This document shows, one piece after another, positions 24,422 to 34,563 of a DNA stretch of 35,816 nucleotides. The notes under the pieces were generated by a model. The model saw nothing but the letters and a program-made list of their open reading frames with translations. It was not told where the DNA came from and made no database searches. The stretch is taken from positions 1 to 35,816 of IMG/VR virus record IMGVR_UViG_3300045988_056669; one strand, written 5' to 3'. The number at the start of each line of letters is the position of its first letter. Position 1 is the first letter of the stretch. This stretch comes from a virus. A program made the position numbers and the translations under genes.

Positions 24422-25971
24422 TGCCATTTACATATAACGGCGTTGATTTAACGCCTTTTTTAAATTTTATAAAAGCAAAGCGCACAATTGGTAATGAGCG
24501 CAAGTTGACAACAGAAGATATTCTTGGAACCGGGGAAGAATTGCAAGAGGTCACTTTTGCTGGAAAAACTATCGAGGTGACAGTTTCACTAGCTTCCAGA
24601 GATATGGCTGGAGGGCGTTTCTTTGATACAATCGAATACACCCCAACCGTTCGAGACGACTTAGGTGAGATACGAGACCAGTTAGCAAGGGTTTTAAACA
24701 CTAGAGAAACACACGAGCTAGTGTTGCCAGACGAGCCAAATCGCTATTATAATGCTATTCCTAGTGGTGATATCGAGTTGCAAGACATCTCTGATTGGTA
24801 TGACGAAACAACAATCAAGTTTTATGTTCCAGATGGAGTTGCGCACACTAGAGCCACACGCACTTTTGAGTTTGCAAAAAACGACTTCGGCGTATACGAA
24901 GCTGAAATTGTCAACGACGGCACTGAAGACGCATACGTCAACTACGAAATCAAACTCAAAAAAGAGTCAGGCTATGTTGCAGTTACAAGTCCTTATGGTT
25001 TACTGCAATTCGGTAAGTATGACGAAGCAGATGGCTATATTGACCGTAAGAATGTCGTGATAACTAACAATCAAAAAGGGGACTTTGCCAATTGGACAGA
25101 CAGCAACGTTTTCTACGAGAATACAAACAAAATCGTAACAACCCAAATGTCATCAGATGCAGCGTTCGGTGGTCGTCTCGGACTTATGCCATCAAGTTTT
25201 ACGACAAGCGGAACGGCTGGAGCATTTAGCTATGGTGCTTGCAAGGAGTACGTGCTAGAGACACCAGTCGAGCAATGGTACATCTGGGCGAGAGCTTGGT
25301 TTGAAACTGGTCTGGTAAGCCAAAATGGTGAATGGTGCCTTGCGGTGATTGATGAAGACAACCATCTTTTGGCTGGTATGGCTATTGAAAAGAATGACCG
25401 CACACGTAATGATGCTTATGTGCGTTTCTTGGTCGGTGACGGCAATGGCGGAAGCATCGTCAAGAAAGATATCAAATTCACGCCGTCCTATTGGATACCG
25501 CCCAATCCGTACGGTGCCCAAGCCATTGACCGCAACTCTAATATGTTTGACCTTGTCAAAGAAAAAGACCGTGTGCAGTTCTTTTGGTATGGTGGCTATT
25601 ATCCATTTCCAGCAAGTCAATTAAACGGCAAGAAAGCGAAACGCATTCAATTCTACGTTGGTAATTACGCAGGCTCAAACAGCACGACACAGCAATTTGT
25701 CACACACCATTATCTAAATGACTTCAGTTTTTACGAGTTACACGTTCCTTACTGGAAAGACGTCCCTAACCGCTATCCAGCTGGGTCAGTAATCAAAATT
25801 GACGGCGAGAAAGGTGAGTTTAAAGTCAACAATCAAATCAGAAAAGATGATGAAATTTTAGGGACATCATACTTCAAAGTCCCGCCAGGAACTACGAAAG
25901 TGCATCTTAACATGTCAAGCTTTGCCGAAATTGAGAGCGCTAAAGCGATAATTAAGGAGGTATACATTTAG
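24421..25971 (+). CDS. distal tail protein (Dit), extended form (516 aa)
   Basis: The N-terminus [14 protein letters not shown]...RTIGNERKL is typical of siphophage Dit. It is about twice the size I recall for a classical Dit. Confidence 0.85.
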   Translation: MPFTYNGVDLTPFLNFIKAKRTIGNERKLTTEDILGTGEELQEVTFAGKTIEVTVSLASRDMAGGRFFDTIEYTPTVRDDLGEIRDQLARVLNTRETHELVLPDEPNRYYNAIPSGDIELQDISDWYDETTIKFYVPDGVAHTRATRTFEFAKNDFGVYEAEIVNDGTEDAYVNYEIKLKKESGYVAVTSPYGLLQFGKYDEADGYIDRKNVVITNNQKGDFANWTDSNVFYENTNKIVTTQMSSDAAFGGRLGLMPSSFTTSGTAGAFSYGACKEYVLETPVEQWYIWARAWFETGLVSQNGEWCLAVIDEDNHLLAGMAIEKNDRTRNDAYVRFLVGDGNGGSIVKKDIKFTPSYWIPPNPYGAQAIDRNSNMFDLVKEKDRVQFFWYGGYYPFPASQLNGKKAKRIQFYVGNYAGSNSTTQQFVTHHYLNDFSFYELHVPYWKDVPNRYPAGSVIKIDGEKGEFKVNNQIRKDDEILGTSYFKVPPGTTKVHLNMSSFAEIESAKAIIKEVYI

Positions 25972-28900
25972 ATGGAAAACGTACGTATTGCAATTCGTGA
26001 TTCAACCGACAGTCATAATGTAGCTTTTTTTGATAATATTTCTGGTATTCGCTATCAGAGCGCTAATCTACAGCGTTTCTTGGCTGGTTCAGCTAGCATT
26101 TTGACAATCGAATACAATTCAAAAGATATTGATACCATCAGAACTGGCTGCAAGCTTGCTTTTATCTACAAAGGGCGTCCTTATTGGTTGAATATCATGG
26201 ATTTGAGCAAGAAGGGCTATAAGGTTGAAATAACAGCTTATTCTATTGGTCTAGAGCTTAATCAAGAAGAGCGGGGGGCGCACAAGCCAGCTAATGCAAT
26301 GAGCTTCGTCGAATATTTGGCTTATTACGACCCAGAACACGCCTTAGAGCTTGGTATTAATGAAGTAGCAGATAAACGTATCAAACTTGAATGGACTGGC
26401 ACAGACACGATTCTGGCACGTCTTTTCTCAATTGCGAACAGCTTTGATGCAGAACTTGAATTTACTGTCGAATTGAACCAAGACTACTCGTTAAAACGTC
26501 AAGTATTGAACATCTATAAGAAAGGCAATCTCGGTTCTAATCGTGCTGCTAGTCCAATTCGTGTTGGACGTGGCTTAAAAGTCATTAATTATAGCGATAA
26601 TTTGAAGGAGTTACGCACAGCGGTCCGTGCTACTGGTAAGGACGGATTGACTATCGACGGATTGAACAAAAAAGTCTATGACGATGACGGCAATCTGCTT
26701 TACTATTCTAATGCGAATACAGTCTATGCACCCCAAAGCCGTGATAAGTACCCATCAGTCGGCAAGAAATCAAATGATAACTGGATTATTAAAGAGTTAG
26801 GAGAAACCGAATACAGCACCAAAGAGGCTCTCTGGGGCTACATGCTTGGGGAACTTAAAAAGATTTGTTTGCCAGAAATTACATACGATATCGAGGGGGC
26901 TATCAACGGAGATGTTGGCGACACACGTACTTTGATTGACGACGTGCATTACGACCCTCCACTTTACGTACAGGCTCGCATTTCGGAGCTTACCGAAGAT
27001 TTAATCACTGGTAGAGTTGCAAAATCAACGCTTACTAACTTCGAGCGCAAGTATTCACAAGTTGCTAGCGAATTACTTAAGCAAGTTGAACAGTTAGCAA
27101 ATGAGGCAGCACCGTACATTATCCGCCTAGAAACTAACAATGGTTTTAATTTTAAAAACGGCAAAGGTTCTAGCACAGTTACTGCTAGCCTTGAAAAATA
27201 CGGGAAAATCGTTGGAGCAAGCTGGCAATGGCTTATCAATAACAGCGTTGTCAGCGAAACATCAAGTGTTACAATCAACGCTAGCCAAGTCACTGGCACG
27301 CTAAACGTTGTGGCAGTTGCAAGTGTAGACGGTAACGAGGTGGCTCGTGAATACATCACATTCACCAATTCTGATGACGGTGTTGGTATTAAATCAATCA
27401 AACGTTATTACACGACTAACGACCAGTCAGAGGGTGTCACAACAGGCGGTCAAAACTGGTCTACTAAGCCAACGACTGTCACAGCAGACAAAAACTATAT
27501 GTGGTCGTATGACGTCATCACGTACACGAATGACACAAGTTTAGTCACAGAGCCTGCTGTTATTGGCGCTCGAGGCGATGACGGTTTAGACGCTGACACG
27601 ACTGGTATTACAGAAGCTCTTGATAAAGCTAAGCAAGAATTGACTGCTTTGTCAGCGAATATTGAGAAAGTGCGAGATGATTCACTTGCAGCCGTTAACG
27701 AAGCTAAACAGCAACTCACCGCTGTAGCTAACGATTTGAGCACTGCTAAGCAAGACTTGCAAAATGCAGTTAGCGCAGTTGACACTAAAGCAACGAATCT
27801 TCAAACTGATTTAGCTAAAACTAAGCAAGATTTAAGCACTACTCAAACGAACTTACAAAACAGTATTGATAGTGTTGATTCAAAAGCTACAGCATTAGAT
27901 AGTGATTTAACGAAAGCGAAAGCTGACATTGTTTCACAAGCTAAAAAACAAACGGAACTTAACACTAAACTGACAACTGTCGAAACTACAGCGAATGGCA
28001 CTAAGACAACTGTCAGCCAATTGTCTAAAACAGTAGATAGTTTAAGCGGTGATGTTTCAACTGCTCAACAATCAATCAAGAAAGTTGAAGATGATGTTAG
28101 CGGTGTGTATACGACATTGTCAACTTTAACGGTCGGTGGTGGAAACTTGCTGTCAGATACTACTGATTTTAGTATGGGCAAGTGGCAATACACAGTTGGA
28201 AATAGCGTAGATAATAACGCTTATTCGATTGTTGATGGCGCTTTTCATGTCGACAGCACAATTGCAGTCTGGCACCAATGGCAAACTTATTCGCCAGAAG
28301 GTACTTCAAGCACCCGAAAGGCTGTTAGTCCAGCGTTAGCAAACTTAAAAGCAGGTCAACCTTATATCCTATCTTTTGAAGCTCGCTGTTTGTCTGGTGA
28401 GGCTATTGTTTGGGCAGAATTGCGAGAAAATCTTACGACTGGCACTAACCCAGCACGTATAGCTTCTCACAGTTTTACGATTACAGACGACTGGGTGCGC
28501 TACTCTTTTAGTACAGACAGTCTTGTAATTGATGAGAATCACGACTACTGGCATGTTATTTTAGGCTACAACAAGATTGGTTCTGTTGAATTCCGCAAAG
28601 TCAAATTGGAAGAAGCGACTGTGGCTAGTCCGTGGACACCAGCTTACTCAGATAGTTCAATTGAGTTAGCAGAATATAAGCAAGGTGTTTCAAGTCAGTT
28701 AACTAGTTTAAGCCGTAAGACAGAAACGTTAGAGAATACACTTGCAAGCAATAAAGTTGAAATTGAAACGACTGTTAACGGCATCAAGACAGACATTTCA
28801 GAGCTACAAGCTTATAAAGATGACGAGGGTGTTCGTGCTGAAAGCTACTTAACTGCTAGTCGCAATGAAACTGCTAAGCAAATCACCGCAGAACGTTCTG

Positions 28901-31900
28901 TTACTGCCAAAAATTATGTGGCGACTTCAAAATACACCGAAGATGTCAACGGTATTAAAGCAAGTCTAGCTGAAACGAAGTCAACTGCAGACAGTGCAAG
29001 TAGTAAAGCTGCTACTTTGGAAACTGGGTTGAATGGGTTGAGTGCGAAGTTTGAAACTTTGAAAATTGGTAGTCGAAACTATTTCAAGAATTCAAAATCA
29101 CGTAAATACTATATTAATAGTACAGAAATACAAGACGTCAGAACTTATATTGATGATGATTTCTGGAAGAATGATACGCGTCTCACAAAAGACTATGTGA
29201 GAATGTCTTTTGATATTGCATTTAATCCAGCTTTACCGTCAAACTTTACAACAAATGTGCATTTTAGTACTAGTCCTTGGTATAACTGCGGCGGCATTAC
29301 ATTCAAAGGTGGAACAACCGCTTTACAACACTTTGATTTGAAGTTTGATTTGAGCGGTGCTGGTAATAGCTACAAAACGGATAATGTATTTATTCGTTTA
29401 AATAATACTCTTCCACTTAATACAGCTGTAAGCCTTGAAAACTTTAATCTCTACTTATCTGCGGTGGTTGAAGACTATAGTCAAAACGAAGCCGACCTCG
29501 ATCAAAAAGTAGCTGAGTACAAGCAAACTGCAGACCAAAATTATGCAAGTTTGCAATCAACCGTTCAAAATCTGGACGGGACAGTGCAGCAGAACAAAAC
29601 CACCGCAGACCAAACAGCGCAAGGCTTTAAGACGCGTATTGAATCGCTGGAAACGTACAAGGACGGTGAAACCACACGAGCGAGTCAGTATTTCGAATTA
29701 GCTAAGACTGAAACAGCTCGCCAATTGACTGCTGAACGTACAGCGATTGCCAAGGACTATGTAGCTAAATCAACGTACACTAGCGATGTGACTGGAATCA
29801 AAAACGAGTTATCAGCCACAACAACGACTGCTAACACGACTAAAACTAATCTTGCTAACTATCAAACGAGCAATGACAAAGCAGTTGCAAGCTTGCAAAG
29901 CAATCTTCAAACAGCGAATGGGAATATTAGCAGTCTGCAGACACAGGTTACTGCAGTTCCCGGACAGATTACAAGTGCTGTCAGTGCGGTTGAGGGTAAG
30001 ATACCGACAAGTGTTTCGACACGTAATCTTATCCTAAAATCAAATGATCTTACAAACCCGCACAAACAATCTGGCGCTAACACAACAGTAACATCAACTG
30101 ATAGCTATTTCGTCATTAAAAGCACAGGCTACACAGCAAACGCGTACGGCGGTATGTCGTGGAATATGTCTATTTCAGAAGTCAAAGCTGGTGAGGAATT
30201 TTCTATTTTGATGCCAGTTTATATTGACAGTTCGGGTTCTCTTGACAATGGCTTAGCTTTCGTTATAAAAAATCATTCATCAAATTCAGTGGCGTATAAT
30301 TATAATATACCAACTGACAAAAAAGACCAGTGGTTTAATGTTGCAATCTCCTTTAAAGCTACCAAAGATTTAGTCTTTGACACTTATCCATTCTATGTTT
30401 ATATCGTCAAAAATGGTCTAGTGCGTATCAAACCGCCCATGCTTGTGCGTGGTAGGCTAATACCGTCAGACTGGCAACCAGCGTTTGAGGATACCAAATC
30501 AGACATTACCAAGTTATCATCTGAACTCACTCAAACCAAAGATGGCATGACGTTGCTTGCTACTAAAACGGAGCTAAACAGTGCTAAAACTGAATTACAA
30601 TCTGGCATCACGACAGCGACCGATAAAGCTAATGCAGCACAAAACACAGCTGCCAGCAACGCGCAAACAATCAGCACACATACGACACAGATTTCAGCAC
30701 TTAATACAGGGCTTTCTGCTAAAGTCTCACAGACTGATTTTAATACGTTGTCTGGTCGTGTAACAACTGCAGAAAATAACATCACAGCTAAAGCTAACGA
30801 GTTGAGCAGTAAGATCAGCAGTGTCGAAGGCAGTATTCCAAGCGGTGAAATGAACCTTGTCGAATACGGCAGGCCAGCTGATGGTTACAGTGCATATAAG
30901 AATGCAGAATATTCAACACATCCGTTTTATTACAATAGCGCTTATAAAATGTATATTATTAAAAATACAGCTACAAGCGAGAAAATATTAGGCATGAATC
31001 GCTTTAAAGTTGAACGTAATACTGATTATACTTTGTATTTTAAAGGTTTTAACAATGGCGCTATTAGTCATATGGATGTCTGGTTTTTGAAACGCGTCAG
31101 TGGAAGTACAAATGGTTTTGACTCAGCACAAATCTTAGTCGACAGTCGCAAGTTATCAACTTCGAAAGCGGAAGATATTTCAGTAACTTTCAACACTGGC
31201 AACTATGACGAAGGCTATATTCGTTTCGACAACAACGGTTCAACAACTGCAGGCACTCAAGCAGACTTGTATTTCGGTGATGTTTCGGTTAAGAAAGGCA
31301 AATCAAACAATGGCTGGAGTCCGTCATTGGCTGAACTGGCAAGTAGTCAAGATCTAAAGAATGCACAGTCTGAAATCAAACAGACAACAGACTCAATCAC
31401 TGCGAGCGTGTCAAGTGTACAGACTGCAGCAAGCAATGCGCAATCAACAGCGAACACAGCTGTTTCAAAAGCAGACGCAGCTCAAGCAGGTGTTAATACG
31501 CTAGACAGCACGACAGTTAAGAGTGCTAGTTTGACGATTAACACAGATGGAATTGTCATGAAGGCTGGCAAGTCAACAACTGATGTTGCTAATGCGATTG
31601 GTTCTTATTTTGCTGTTAATCAGAATGCTATTAACTTATTCTCTGACAAGATTAACGTTAAAGGTAGCATGATTGTTGACGGTGCAATTACAAGCACTAA
31701 GATAGCTGCAGGTTCAATTACTGCAGACAAAATTAAGGCTGGTAGCATTACTACAGATATGTTTAAAGCCAATAAGATAACTAGTCTAAATGGTGCTACT
31801 ACGTTTGACTTAGCAAGTGGAGATATCATATTCAATAATATGAGAAGTGGAACTATCCAACAGAAAAATGGCAACTATAAATCATTAATTGATATGTTTT

Positions 31901-32313
31901 CACTTGAAGCTGAGAACAATATATTTGGGGATTGGAGTAGTATTCATGCGGTTGCCCTTAATGGTGATAGTCTGACAACCTCTACAAAATGTGCAGGGAT
32001 GCGAGCTGAGATGTATCCTAATTCTAGTGAGTTAATTCTTAATGGGGAACGAATTTATCTATGCAGCGATAATAGAAATGCGTATGGGGTTGGTGTATCT
32101 AATCAAATAACTATCGATAGCAATGCCTCAACAGTTGGTGATGTGAATAAAAATACTACAAATTCCAAAGGAAATTGGGATTATCAGACGATTATGAATT
32201 TTGGTAGCAAGGCTGCTCTCGTGGCGTCCGATGTACGAATAAAAGGCTATACATATAGTGTAGAAAAAATCTTGAGAATCTTATGTCAGAAAGCAGGTAT
32301 ATTATGGATGTAA
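25972..32313 (+). CDS. tail-associated (Tal-like) N-terminal domain fused to a very long fibre/receptor-binding region (2113 aa)
   Basis: The N-terminal roughly 380 aa resemble the prophage tail endopeptidase / Tal family. These are followed by coiled-coil stalks alternating with four putative beta-sandwich modules and a C-terminal fibre-like segment (ITADKIKAGSITTDMF). Confidence 0.9.
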   Translation: MENVRIAIRDSTDSHNVAFFDNISGIRYQSANLQRFLAGSASILTIEYNSKDIDTIRTGCKLAFIYKGRPYWLNIMDLSKKGYKVEITAYSIGLELNQEERGAHKPANAMSFVEYLAYYDPEHALELGINEVADKRIKLEWTGTDTILARLFSIANSFDAELEFTVELNQDYSLKRQVLNIYKKGNLGSNRAASPIRVGRGLKVINYSDNLKELRTAVRATGKDGLTIDGLNKKVYDDDGNLLYYSNANTVYAPQSRDKYPSVGKKSNDNWIIKELGETEYSTKEALWGYMLGELKKICLPEITYDIEGAINGDVGDTRTLIDDVHYDPPLYVQARISELTEDLITGRVAKSTLTNFERKYSQVASELLKQVEQLANEAAPYIIRLETNNGFNFKNGKGSSTVTASLEKYGKIVGASWQWLINNSVVSETSSVTINASQVTGTLNVVAVASVDGNEVAREYITFTNSDDGVGIKSIKRYYTTNDQSEGVTTGGQNWSTKPTTVTADKNYMWSYDVITYTNDTSLVTEPAVIGARGDDGLDADTTGITEALDKAKQELTALSANIEKVRDDSLAAVNEAKQQLTAVANDLSTAKQDLQNAVSAVDTKATNLQTDLAKTKQDLSTTQTNLQNSIDSVDSKATALDSDLTKAKADIVSQAKKQTELNTKLTTVETTANGTKTTVSQLSKTVDSLSGDVSTAQQSIKKVEDDVSGVYTTLSTLTVGGGNLLSDTTDFSMGKWQYTVGNSVDNNAYSIVDGAFHVDSTIAVWHQWQTYSPEGTSSTRKAVSPALANLKAGQPYILSFEARCLSGEAIVWAELRENLTTGTNPARIASHSFTITDDWVRYSFSTDSLVIDENHDYWHVILGYNKIGSVEFRKVKLEEATVASPWTPAYSDSSIELAEYKQGVSSQLTSLSRKTETLENTLASNKVEIETTVNGIKTDISELQAYKDDEGVRAESYLTASRNETAKQITAERSVTAKNYVATSKYTEDVNGIKASLAETKSTADSASSKAATLETGLNGLSAKFETLKIGSRNYFKNSKSRKYYINSTEIQDVRTYIDDDFWKNDTRLTKDYVRMSFDIAFNPALPSNFTTNVHFSTSPWYNCGGITFKGGTTALQHFDLKFDLSGAGNSYKTDNVFIRLNNTLPLNTAVSLENFNLYLSAVVEDYSQNEADLDQKVAEYKQTADQNYASLQSTVQNLDGTVQQNKTTADQTAQGFKTRIESLETYKDGETTRASQYFELAKTETARQLTAERTAIAKDYVAKSTYTSDVTGIKNELSATTTTANTTKTNLANYQTSNDKAVASLQSNLQTANGNISSLQTQVTAVPGQITSAVSAVEGKIPTSVSTRNLILKSNDLTNPHKQSGANTTVTSTDSYFVIKSTGYTANAYGGMSWNMSISEVKAGEEFSILMPVYIDSSGSLDNGLAFVIKNHSSNSVAYNYNIPTDKKDQWFNVAISFKATKDLVFDTYPFYVYIVKNGLVRIKPPMLVRGRLIPSDWQPAFEDTKSDITKLSSELTQTKDGMTLLATKTELNSAKTELQSGITTATDKANAAQNTAASNAQTISTHTTQISALNTGLSAKVSQTDFNTLSGRVTTAENNITAKANELSSKISSVEGSIPSGEMNLVEYGRPADGYSAYKNAEYSTHPFYYNSAYKMYIIKNTATSEKILGMNRFKVERNTDYTLYFKGFNNGAISHMDVWFLKRVSGSTNGFDSAQILVDSRKLSTSKAEDISVTFNTGNYDEGYIRFDNNGSTTAGTQADLYFGDVSVKKGKSNNGWSPSLAELASSQDLKNAQSEIKQTTDSITASVSSVQTAASNAQSTANTAVSKADAAQAGVNTLDSTTVKSASLTINTDGIVMKAGKSTTDVANAIGSYFAVNQNAINLFSDKINVKGSMIVDGAITSTKIAAGSITADKIKAGSITTDMFKANKITSLNGATTFDLASGDIIFNNMRSGTIQQKNGNYKSLIDMFSLEAENNIFGDWSSIHAVALNGDSLTTSTKCAGMRAEMYPNSSELILNGERIYLCSDNRNAYGVGVSNQITIDSNASTVGDVNKNTTNSKGNWDYQTIMNFGSKAALVASDVRIKGYTYSVEKILRILCQKAGILWM

Positions 32314-32474
32314 ATCAAAATATTCAATCAAAACTAGCTTTGGAGATAGCACAGTTAACACTTGATAAAGCTACTCTACAAGCACAAGTAGAACAATTGC
32401 AAAATCAAAACGCAGAGCTTAAACAACAACTAGAAGAAGCTACTGCGCAAGAAACACAAAACAAAGGAGAATAA
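32304..32474 (+). CDS. small coiled-coil protein (start at 32304 or 32283)
   Basis: ORF track; heptad-like Q/L/E-rich sequence. Confidence 0.5.
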   Translation: MDVNQNIQSKLALEIAQLTLDKATLQAQVEQLQNQNAELKQQLEEATAQETQNKGE

Positions 32475-32478
32475 TATT

Positions 32479-32727
32479 ATGGCACTTGAAACAATTAAAA
32501 CAACGCGTTTGGTAGGTAATCTAAAAATCGAAGAAAATCTTATTAAGCAGTATATCGTTGACATTGATGAAAACGGAATTTCAACAGTTAACGAATACGT
32601 ACATAATCCTAATTTATATGCTGAAAATCGCGCTGAAATGCGTAATCAAGAAACAGAATTCAGAGATGAGCGTTATAAAGTTGAAGACGCTATTTTGGCT
32701 GATTTAACAAAAGAAACTACTGAGTAA
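32479..32727 (+). CDS. hypothetical protein (82 aa)
   Basis: AAAGGAGA RBS 8 nt upstream. Confidence 0.65.
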   Translation: MALETIKTTRLVGNLKIEENLIKQYIVDIDENGISTVNEYVHNPNLYAENRAEMRNQETEFRDERYKVEDAILADLTKETTE

Positions 32728-32755
32728 GTCAGCTTAGAAAGCAGAGAGGGAGATT

Positions 32756-32980
32756 ATGCAAAACGAGTTTTTTTCAGGAATATTCTCGCTAGCGGCCAGT
32801 TTGTTGGGGACTTTTGGCGGGATTATCACGAGCACAAAACTGATCAACTATCAAATCAACGAATTAAAAGAACGCGTTGACAAGCACAATAATGTGATTG
32901 AGCGCACCTTTAAGTTAGAAGAACATAGCAGGTATGTCGATGAACGCATTGCACGTCTCGAAAGTGAGGTTGAGAAATGA
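32756..32980 (+). CDS. membrane protein with an N-terminal TM segment and a coiled coil (holin-like or holin accessory)
   Basis: GAGGGAG RBS. TM segment IFSLAASLLGTFGGIITS. Position in the lysis cassette. Confidence 0.65.
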   Translation: MQNEFFSGIFSLAASLLGTFGGIITSTKLINYQINELKERVDKHNNVIERTFKLEEHSRYVDERIARLESEVEK

Positions 32981-33174
32981 AAAAATATTTTGAAAAATTG
33001 GGGCTCAAAGTTTTAAAAACCATGACGCAATCAGCTGTCGGCGTCATCGGTGCCAGCACGTTAATTAGTCAAGTCGATTGGAGAGTGGTTATTTCAACCA
33101 CTTTTCTTTCTGGACTTGTTTGTGTGTTATCTAATCTTTCCAATTTAAAGGAGGAAAACGTCGATGAGGATTAA
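32977..33174 (+). CDS. putative holin (65 aa, two hydrophobic segments, acidic C-terminus)
   Basis: ATGA coupling to the upstream gene. It overlaps the endolysin start. Hydrophobic segments [11 protein letters not shown] and [15 protein letters not shown]. The tail is EENVDED. Confidence 0.7.
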   Translation: MKKYFEKLGLKVLKTMTQSAVGVIGASTLISQVDWRVVISTTFLSGLVCVLSNLSNLKEENVDED

Positions 33175-34438
33175 ACGACTTTTGGCAGGTGCACTTTTAA
33201 GTATTAGCCTATTATTGCAGTCTACAGCTTATGCAGCTGTCGGTGATCAAGGTGTAGACTGGTCTCGTTATCAGGGCGCTAACGGTGTCTTTGGTTACAG
33301 TCATGACAAGTTTGCCATTATCCAGATTGGCGGTGTTAACGGCGGTGGGATTTACAAACAATCAACATATGAAACGCAAGTGGCGTCAGCAATTGCACAA
33401 GGCAAACGTGCTCATACTTACATTTGGTATCAAGTTGGTAGCAACGCAAGTCTTGGTGAGCAAGTCTTAAATACATTCTTGCCACAGGTTCAAACACCTA
33501 AAGGCTCAATCGTAGCGCTTGACTATGAAAGCGGCGCTAGCCCTGATAAGCAAGCGAATACCAATGCTATTCTTCATGGTATGCGTATGATTAAAGCGGC
33601 AGGTTACACACCAATGTATTACAGTTACAAGCCTTTCACGTTAGCTAACGTGTACACAGACCAGATTATCCGTGAGTTCCCTAATTCGCTTTGGATGGCT
33701 GCGTACCCAAGTTACAATGTAACTCCAACACCGAATTATGACGTCTTTCCAAGTATGGACGGTGTAGCAATTTACCAATTCACTTCAACATATATTGCAG
33801 GCGGTCTTGACGGTAATGTGGATTTAACTGGCATTACAGATAATGGTTACACTAAGAACAACAATCCACAAACACAAACTCCAGCAATCAATCAAGGACA
33901 ACAAGCAGATAATGCACCTAAGTCTGACATTACTGCAGGCAATCAAGTAAAAGTCAAATTTAGCGCTAGCACATGGGCAACCGGTCAAGGTATTCCATCT
34001 TGGGTTAAAGGTCGCACATATAGCGTAGCTCAAGTAAACGGCAATCGTGTATTGCTAGCTGGTATCAATTCATGGATTAATAAATCAGACGTTGAAATTA
34101 TTTCAGTTTCATCTGCGCCAATTCAAGCGCCAGCAACTAGCACGTACACAGTACGTTCTGGTGACACACTTTCAAGCATTGCTGCCAAATTTGGAACAAG
34201 CTATCAAACGTTAGCAAGTTTGAATGGTATTTCAAATCCTAACCTTATTTATGTTGGCCAAGTCTTACGCGTTAACGGTTCAGCAAATGCAGGTTCAGTT
34301 TACTACACAGTACGTGTTGGCGACAACTTGTCAGCTATTGCTAGCCGTTATGGTACAAGCTACCAATCAATCGCAGCATTGAACGGTCTAGCCAACCCAA
34401 ACTTGATTTACGCAGGTCAAACGCTTAAAGTTAAATAA
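33164..34438 (+). CDS. endolysin: N-terminal signal peptide, GH25 muramidase, SH3-like segment and two LysM repeats
   Basis: [26 protein letters not shown] (n, h and c regions with AYA). [11 protein letters not shown] is a GH25 motif. Two copies of YTVR.GD.LS.IA..YGTSYQ..A.LNG...PNLIY.GQ.L.V (LysM). AAGGAGG RBS. Confidence 0.92.
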   Translation: MRIKRLLAGALLSISLLLQSTAYAAVGDQGVDWSRYQGANGVFGYSHDKFAIIQIGGVNGGGIYKQSTYETQVASAIAQGKRAHTYIWYQVGSNASLGEQVLNTFLPQVQTPKGSIVALDYESGASPDKQANTNAILHGMRMIKAAGYTPMYYSYKPFTLANVYTDQIIREFPNSLWMAAYPSYNVTPTPNYDVFPSMDGVAIYQFTSTYIAGGLDGNVDLTGITDNGYTKNNNPQTQTPAINQGQQADNAPKSDITAGNQVKVKFSASTWATGQGIPSWVKGRTYSVAQVNGNRVLLAGINSWINKSDVEIISVSSAPIQAPATSTYTVRSGDTLSSIAAKFGTSYQTLASLNGISNPNLIYVGQVLRVNGSANAGSVYYTVRVGDNLSAIASRYGTSYQSIAALNGLANPNLIYAGQTLKVK

Positions 34439-34448
34439 GTTTTTTAAA

Positions 34449-34478
34449 CCCCTAGCCTTGATGGTTAGGGGGTTTTTT
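34449..34478 (+). terminator. strong intrinsic terminator ending the late/lysis operon
   Basis: CCCCTAGCC-TTGAT-GGTTAGGGG (9 bp, one G.U) followed by GTTTTTT. Confidence 0.9.
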
Positions 34479-34501
34479 GATATAATAAAAAAGGACGGTA
34501 A

Positions 34502-34529
34502 GGGGTTAGAGCACGACTAACTCCTTTTT
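34502..34529 (+). terminator. second tandem intrinsic terminator
   Basis: GGGGTTAG-AGCACGA-CTAACTCC followed by TTTTT. Confidence 0.75.
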
Positions 34530-34530
34530 G

Positions 34531-34559
34531 TTGTTTTAAAATTTAATATATGCTATAAT
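34531..34559 (+). promoter_or_regulatory. Promoter of the large non-coding RNA: TTGTTT, 17-nt spacer, extended -10 TGcTATAAT
   Basis: TG at 34551-34552 and TATAAT at 34554-34559. The -35-like TTGTTT is at 34531-34536. Confidence 0.65.
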
Positions 34560-34563
34560 ATTA

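Noticed and set aside
26964-27401. 145-aa minus-strand ORF. Similar antisense ORFs occur at 159-380, 1399-1680, 2451-2645, 2761-2967, 2934-3191, 3421-3726, 6114-6622, 6779-7289, 7356-7667, 9586-9831, 10109-10390, 11703-12294, 14349-14558, 15193-15763, 15971-16171, 17570-17779, 18302-18514, 18857-19168, 20099-20290, 20812-20997, 21424-22050, 22762-23115, 23440-23817, 23966-24193, 24414-24701, 25255-25620, 27495-27785, 28369-28554, 30531-30785, 31620-31874 and 33824-34033.
   Set aside because: All lie fully inside well-supported + strand genes. They lack RBSs and have low-complexity or Ser/Leu/Cys-rich translations typical of antisense frames.
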